This document shows positions 56,952 through 64,000 of a stretch of DNA of 64,000 bases, in pieces. Each line of letters begins with the position of its first letter. Positions within the stretch are counted from its first letter, which is position 1. The stretch is from Hyaloraphidium curvatum SAG 235-1 (Eukaryota; Fungi; Monoblepharomycota), in NCBI GenBank assembly GCA_025558095.1, contig JAIVFI010000039.1, forward strand, positions 248,001 through 312,000, read 5' to 3'. Under the pieces are notes generated by a model. That model did not search any database, had not been told where the DNA came from, and worked only from the letters and a program-made list of their open reading frames with translations. The position numbers and the translations under genes were made by a program.

Positions 56952-59900
56952 TCATCGAAATGTGAACGCGATCGACGTCCCGAACGCGTTCCAAATATGT
57001 TCCGCCTCGTCGAGCCAGGTCTGCGCCCCCGGCGGCAGCTTCTTCATCCACTTGATCTCCTTCTTCTCGAGACGAGTCTCCAGGCTCCGTCTCCGCTCCT
57101 CGTCCGTCTGCTTCTGCACGTAGCGGGGCCGAACCTGGGCGACGTTGATGGTGTGCTTGCGTCCCGGGAGCCAGAGCTGCGGAAGCGCGCCCGAAACGGC
57201 CGGGTGTGCGTAGGTGTACGTCTGCGGATCTTCCTCACTTATTCTATAGCGGTTCAGAGAGCCTATGGGGATGGGAGAGTCAGTGACCATGCCTGGAGTG
57301 AAAAGTAGCCACGATTTCACCTTTGAGGGGAGTGATGGGGTCAAGCACGCCCTTGAGGCGCCAAATGTCCGGTTCCAAGTAGTATCCGGTGTAGCCACCG
57401 CGGTCGGGCCTGAAGATGGCGTCCTCAGCCATCTCCTCGTCCATGTCTGGCTATCATGTGAGCATACTACAAAGCAAGGTCGCCAGCGCGGGGCTTACCA
57501 ATCTCTCCGTCTCGACCAAGATCCATCTTCATGGCGTAGTCGTACTTGTACTTTCGCAAGTCATCCGTGTTCAGCAGGACGCCTGCGTGTGTGACCTGAC
57601 CGGTTCGTGAAGCATAGTCGAACGCCTCCGGCGTTTGCTCCTTTCTTTGGTCCCGCACGAGCAGCAGCTTCTCAATGACACCTTCGTCGTAGCCCGCCAT
57701 CGCCTCCTCTGCCAGCAGACCCGATCCGGCGCTCCCGGTGATGGCGTAGGTAAAGAGGCTGGCGATATCCTTGCCAGCTTTTCCCGTCATGGTTGGGAAC
57801 GTGTTGCCAAGGGTCTGGGCCTTGTAGCCCTCTTTGGCCGATTCTTCAGTAGCGACGGCCCCAACGGATCCGACGGCAGCGACGGCCTCGACAGATTTGG
57901 CGGGAGCGACGGGGTCGACAACGGCCGACGGGGTAGAAGCAGCAGCGCCGGCGTCGACCTGTTTGGCGTTTCGTAGCAAGGATTCGCGCATCTCAAGTTC
58001 GACGGCATTCAGGGGCACGTTTGTGTGGCTGTCGCGGTTGACCTCGCTGATGTCCTTGCGCAGCTTCGCGAGCAAGACTTCCTCGCGAGTGCGGGCTTGA
58101 TTCGCGGATCGCAGTGGAATGAACTTTTCCCAGCTCGCAAGCCCGTTGTCCATGGAAAACCACGTCATCGACGCCAGAATGAGGAGCGTGAGGCAGATTG
58201 GAAGGGCCAGGTACCACTGACCCTTCAAGGCCAGCACTCCCAACATCATGAGGACTTGTCGTTCACGGATGTCAGCAGTGGAACCACCTTGCGGCCAATT
58301 CCACTCACTCTGAATGATGGATGTGAACATGGTCCGCCGCATGATCATCCCGCTCCAGCCGACTTGCCCGTATCCAGTCCCGCGCGTGTCGTAAAGCGGG
58401 CTGGGCAGTGCTGGCGTTAGCCTCTGCAGGGCCAGAAGCGAACGAGGCCACCAACAAGTGAAGGTACAGAAAGACGTATTTGAAGATGACGTAGGCCAAA
58501 AAGAAGTAGACGAATCCGGCAGGGAGAATGAGAGGCTGAATCTGAGCGTCTGCGGTATGATCAACGTTAGAGAGGGTACGGCGAGGCCCAATCGCCAGCC
58601 CACAAAAGAAGGTGAGGATGTAGACGACCTGCGATGCGACAAAATGAGATCCAGCCCGCTACTGCACATGCGATACCTACCATTGGCGTGGTGAGAAGGT
58701 CACCAAGCCGGTAGTGCATGGAATTGATCGGAACAACAAGGCGGGCGACCCTACGCGGCGCCAGCTTCTTGTAGTTCGGGAAGAGGCGGCGCAAGAACGA
58801 GAGATAGATGTAGCCTGGTGGACGTGACGTCAATCGCTCTTCTCGGCATGTGTCTGGCTTGCGCAGCCTCACCCGGGAGCAGCAAGCGCATTGGCAACAT
58901 GACTTGCGAGGAAGAAACTATCAGCAGGCATTCGGCGATCGCAGATCGAGGCTACCAACTGAATGCGTTCAGGAAGATGTACACCATGAAGAAGGGAGAG
59001 ACGCCGCTCAAAGCGCTGGCCAGCATGTACGGAATCTGAGACGGATCGTTCAAGATGGCGTCGAGGGCGTTCCAGACGGAACCCGAGATCGCGAAGATGA
59101 AGAGGGTGTTGAAAACGTTGTAGAAGTAGAGTCTGTAAGACGAACATGAGCCTCGTCGCGTCACTTCACGGTCGTCTCTTTACTCACTTCGCAAACAGCG
59201 AATGATCAACCCAAGAGTAGGCTTCGATACCCTCCAGCATCGACAGAGCGTAGAGAATCTGCGGGAGAATGCCCATCCAAATCGACAGGATGATGGAAGG
59301 GATGAGGCCCTGGATCAGGTTCTTGAGCGCCGGCGGCATGGATTCGACGATGACGCCGATCGAGTCCGGGAAGGCGTAAGCGAGCGAGTCGAGCGAAAGG
59401 AACGAGGAGATGAGGGTGACGGGGACGGACCTGTTTCCCGCGTGGATGGAGTAAGGACATGCCGAAGTGCGACGGAGCGACAAACACGCACCAGAAGAAC
59501 ACGAGCAGAACGAGGATGAAGGCAACTATGAGGGTACGAACGGCCTTCAGCGACGGCGCTGCCCATTTGCTCGAGATGTTGTCCCAGACGAGGTCGCGCG
59601 TGCCCGGCGAAGGCAGAATGCGCATGTAGCCCAGCCCCGGCCGCGAAGGCAGCAGCGCCTGGGTGGCAACGACGGCCGACTCGGGCGAGAAGAAGACCAC
59701 AAAAGCCGTGGTCGTCTTGTCCGACGACTCCATGCGCTCCCGGAGGTGGCGAACCTTCTCGTCGGCCTCTACGAACTTGGCGTAGTAGAGGTTCAGAGCG
59801 TCCCTCAGCGGGCCACACGGGTAGGCAGACTCGAGCTGGCGGCCAAAGGTCTCGGAAAAGTCCTCGGGGTCGTACTTGGAAGTGGTTGCCGGTAGCGCGG

Positions 59901-61344
59901 CAGTTGTGCCGTTCGCATCAGCGTCCTTGAATGTGTCCGCGGTGCCGTTCGCTCCAGGCACCTTGGATATCGGAGCAGCAGCACCTTCCGAGACGACTTC
60001 CTCCAGCTCGACAGTTTCGACGTGCCCGGCGGCGGCAGGCTTGGCTTCCCCGTCAGCATTGCCTGCTCCGCTCGCAGCGGACCCGTTGGCTTTGTGCTCC
60101 GACTCGGGCGAGTACTCCATGATCCTGAGCACCTCCTCGTCCGTCATCTGATCGAACACGTCGCCGGGGTTTCCGAGGTAGCGCGCCCAGGCGCCCTCGA
60201 GCTTCTTTAGCCACTTGGCCCGCTCGCGGATCGCGGCGCGCAGCCTCGTGTAGCGCCGGGCGATGTGCACCTGCTCGACCGGCCCGAGGTTGAGCTCGGT
60301 CTCGAAAAAGTCCCTGAGCTCCTCCTCGGTCGACAGCACGTCCGGCAGGTTGAGGATCACCACGGTCCGCAGGTCCACATGCCGCCGCCGGGCCAGCAGG
60401 ATCAGGAGCTTCTGCTGCTCCGTCAGCGAGGGCGAGTCGAGCATGGCTCTGCTGACTTCCTGGGCCTTTGCATGCTTGCGCTGCGCCGTCGCGAAGTTCG
60501 GATTCGGGCCGCCGCCGGAATCCGCGACTCCCGTGGGGGTCTCGTCCATCACGGCGTCGATCGCCAGCTTCGCCGTCATCTCGGCCCCCGGCGGCGGCTT
60601 CTCCGCCGCCACGTTCTCGGCCGCCTTGACCGCCTCGTCCTCCCCGGGCGCGTGCGGCAGAGCGAACTCGGGGAGCTCGATCCGCGGCAGCTCTACGGCC
60701 CCCCTGCCCGACATCTCCCCAAGCACCCTCTCGATGGTCTGCACCCGCGTGTTGATGCACGACTTGTAGAACGAGCGGACGTTCAGGAACAGGAGGATGT
60801 TGAAGACGAACAGCATTACGTAGTGCACGATCAGCAGCGGCGAGTCCCCGGGGATGTTCTCGATCGACAGCTGCCGCAGGATGCTGATCTCCTGCGACAT
60901 GTCCGTCGTCCCGTTCCCTGCGGCCTCCTGAGCGGCCTGCTGCGTCGGGATCGCGCCGCCGGCCCAGTTGATCGGCACGACGACGCCGCAGCCGAGGACG
61001 GTGAGGATCCCGAAGAGGAAGGCCGAGGACTTGAAGAAGCGCAGGATGATGAGGGCGTCCATGCCGCTGCTGCGGGCGACGTACTCCTCCGGGATGCGGA
61101 GCAGCTCGATGAACCACCCCAGGAAGGTCGGCGAGAGCCGCGGCGGGGCGGCGATGCGGAGCTTCCGCCGCGGGTAGAACCACGACGGGATCCTGGTCCG
61201 CAGCCGGCAGAAGAGGAGGAACATGAGGATGCCGCCGATCAAGTACACCAGGAAGGGCACGAGGACCGAGGTCGTCGTGGTGGCCCCGTAGCGGGGATCG
61301 ACCGGGTTGTCCGGATCAGGGGGGTAGATGGGCGTCGTCGCCAT
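56952..61344 (-). CDS. OSCA/TMEM63/CSC1 (RSN1/PHM7) calcium-permeable channel, many introns
   Basis: GMDALIILRFF, TTTAFVVF, P...DLVWDNI, multiple TM exons, YAHPAVSGALPQLWLP. Confidence 0.9.
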
Positions 61345-61726
61345 CCTGTCGCCTCAGCAGCCCCGAGAAAAAGTCGCGGAGACTGCCGTCACTCTTTCTC
61401 CTGGCGGCTTTGAGCCCGTGGGCGCGAGAGGGAGGTGGCCGACGGTTGCGTCCCTAGCGCGGGTCCACGACGGCGGGCAGAGGTCTCCAGCGACCGAGCC
61501 GTCCGCGGAAAGGCAAGCTCGGTGACTCGAGGACGCGAACCGCAGGTGGCCGGGTCGCAGCAACCCGCGTGCTGCGAATGTGCGGGCGGTATCTTTCGAG
61601 GGGGACGAACGCAGGGTCTCCCGTCCCTGTGCCGCCCTCCGCATCCCGCGCGATCGACGCTCCAACAGTGCGCTGCACGACCAACGGCATATCCAGGATA
61701 TCTTAGCATACCATACAGACGGTCCG

Positions 61727-63144
61727 CTACTCTTCCACGACCTGCGGCCAATACTTTGCGAACAGGAACTCGGAGCCCTCGAAGTTCTTTGCCTGCTCCG
61801 AATCTTCCTTGATCCCGTTGCGCTTCATGATGTTGTCCGTGTGTGCCCACGAGCCCGCGATGTGCCACGTGAAGTCGCCGCGCTGCGAGGGCGGGAGGTC
61901 AGCAGGTGCCGGCCGACTATGCGGGGAGGGGATCGGCCCACCTTCCACGGCCGGCCCGACTCGCCCGTGCCCTCGAACCACTCCAGACAGCTGATGTCCT
62001 CCGGATTCCCGTTCAGCACCGTCTGCGGCAGGAACGCGGCCCGCGCGCGCACGTCCTCCTTGGTCTTGTACAGGTACGCCAGCGCGTCCTGCTCGCTCCG
62101 CTTGTCCTTGTCGATCTTGGGGAGCTCGTCCCGCATGGACCACAGCAGCGCCAGGAAGCGCTGCACCCACGGCGAGCGGCGCAGCAGCAGCGAGCCCGCG
62201 TTGAGGCCGTTGCAGTCCCGGCTGAGGATCATCTCCAGGTCAGGGGCGTCCTTCTTGCCCTTGTGGTTCTCCCGGTGCACCTCCTTGGCGGCCACGACGA
62301 TCGACGCCAGGGACACCGAGTAGTTGGTGATGAGGGTGTCGATGTCGAACCACCAGGCCCAGTGTTCGCGGCCGCCCTTGGGGACCGGCACGGGCTTCTT
62401 TGTCGACCAGTCCGCGGAGCCGGGCGGCACCGGGAGGTCGAGGCGCTCCCTGGGGATGCTCGAGCACCCGAACAGCGCGAGTTCCATGGCGGGGATCTTG
62501 CTCCACACCGGGTCGTTCTCGGCCAGCGTCTCGAGGTGCAGCTCCCACGAGTAGCCGTGGCGGCGCACGTAGCGCTGCTTGTTGAGCAGCGTCTTCTGCA
62601 GCCACGGCTTCTGCTCCGTGGCCATGTTGACGAAGGTGAATGTGAGCAGCTTCTCTGCCTCGCCGGCGCGGGGCAGCGGCCGCGAGGCGCGTGCAGCCGA
62701 GGGGCCGACGGCGCCCAAGTCCTCGACGGGCGTCGCGTCTGCTTCGTCGGCCCTGCGCGCCAGCTCGTCGTCGCCGCCCTGCTGCTCGCCGTCGCCCTCG
62801 TTGTCCTCCCTCTCCCTCTCCGCGGGCTGCCCGCCGTCGTCCGACGCGTCGCCGCCCTCCTCGTCCGCGTGCGCGGCGCGCTCCCTCCGCGCGGCCGCCC
62901 GCCGCACCGCGTCCGCGTCCGCGCGGCCGCCGTCGTCCGCGCCGCCCGCAACCGCCACCGCCGCGGGCGCCGATCCGCGCCGCAGCACCACGAACAGCAG
63001 CAGCAGCCCGACCACCGTGAGCACCACGGTCGACGGCGCAACAGGCCACGCGTCGCCGCCAGGGCTCCACCGCCGCCGCCGCTTGTGGTACTTGCCCTCC
63101 TCCTCGTCGAGCGACGACGTCCGCGGGAAGTGGGGATGGTACAT
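61727..63144 (-). CDS. GT34 (Mnn10/Gma12-like) glycosyltransferase, one intron
   Basis: Type II TM segment, NKQRYVRRHGY, WSKIP, WWFDIDTLITN, DCNGLNAGS, EQDAL, GDFTWHIAG. Confidence 0.9.
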
Positions 63145-63327
63145 TGTGCACGTGGAACGAAGGGGGAGGATTGGGAGAGAGTCACGGCGCCGGCCTCGCT
63201 CCTCGCTCGCACGCGATCGAGCAGTGTGGCCACACATCCATCTGTCCTCTTGAGTCCGAGTTTCTCTCCAGTTCATCTATCTTATTCGTCCATCTTTCTC
63301 AGGCAACGTTGCCCGCCCGGCATCCAA

Positions 63328-64000
63328 TCAGCCCTTTCTCCCGACGTTCGCCAGGTCCTTCATTTCCGGCACCGGGTAGGGCACCGTCTCGCCCTTCACA
63401 AACGCCGTCACGTTGGCGATCACCGCCTCGGTCATGAGCTGGAACGCCCTCGCCGTGATCGGCGCGTAGTGCGGCGTCAGGACCACGTAAGGCCCGCCGC
63501 CGGTCCCGTCCCTCCCCATCTCGAACAGCTCCGGCGGGACCTCCGGCTCGGCCTCGAACACGTCCAGTCCGGCGCCGGCGAGCTTGCCCTCCTTGAGGTA
63601 CCGCACGAGGGCCTCCTGGTCGATCGCCGAGCCACGCGAGATGTTGACGACGTAGCCGTCGGGCCCGAGGGCGTCGAGCATCGCCGCGTCGACGATGTGC
63701 CGGTTGCTCGCGTCGGCGCGGAGGCACACGGCCAGCACGTTGGACCACTTCGCGAGCTCCATCGGGCTCTCGAAGAACTCTGCGGGGCCTGATCAGCGAC
63801 AATTTTCTCGCGCCGCTTCAGCAGAGACCCACTGTAGTCCGGATCCGCGCCCTCCTTCGAGTTCCGATTGCAGTACGCCACGTTCATCTCGAACGCCTTT
63901 GCCCTCTTGGCAACCCGCTCGCCAATATCTCCCATTCCAAGGATACCGATGTTCAGCCCCCCCATCCCCGGCGACGGCTTGTGCCTAATCGCGAACATCG
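63328..64000 (-). CDS. D-isomer 2-hydroxyacid dehydrogenase (glyoxylate/hydroxypyruvate reductase-like); 5' part lies outside the window
   Basis: GILGMGDIG, VNISRGSAID, GAGLDVFEAEP, LTPH. Confidence 0.9.

Overview
Eukaryotic, GC-rich, gene-dense DNA with short (mostly 50-80 nt) GT-AG introns. The gene content (Nem1, NOP2, APC11, ArfGAP, DIB1, PAB1, PTR2, GT34, OSCA/RSN1) fits an early-diverging, chytrid-like fungus (inference). Bases 1-10.3 kb are a CpG-depleted transposon nest. It holds an RTEX-like non-LTR retroelement whose RT ORF has no endonuclease, truncated inverted copies of it, a possible SINE-like partner with the same 3' tail, and a decayed Helitron-type gene with an N-terminal ubiquitin-like domain ending in LRGG. 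Bases 11.5-44 kb and 54-64 kb are mainly housekeeping genes mixed with bacterial-type enzymes, several of which carry introns. APC11 appears to need a 1-nt exon. Bases 44-54 kb are a rearranged island containing an intronless, bacterial-type glycan-modification set: two WavQ-like glycosyltransferase-like genes (one fused to a SAM methyltransferase) and a WecD-WecE (acetyltransferase-aminotransferase) fusion. That fusion is split in frame by a 2406-bp mosaic of gene fragments bounded by an 8-bp direct repeat. All assignments come from motif recognition by eye; no database searches were run.
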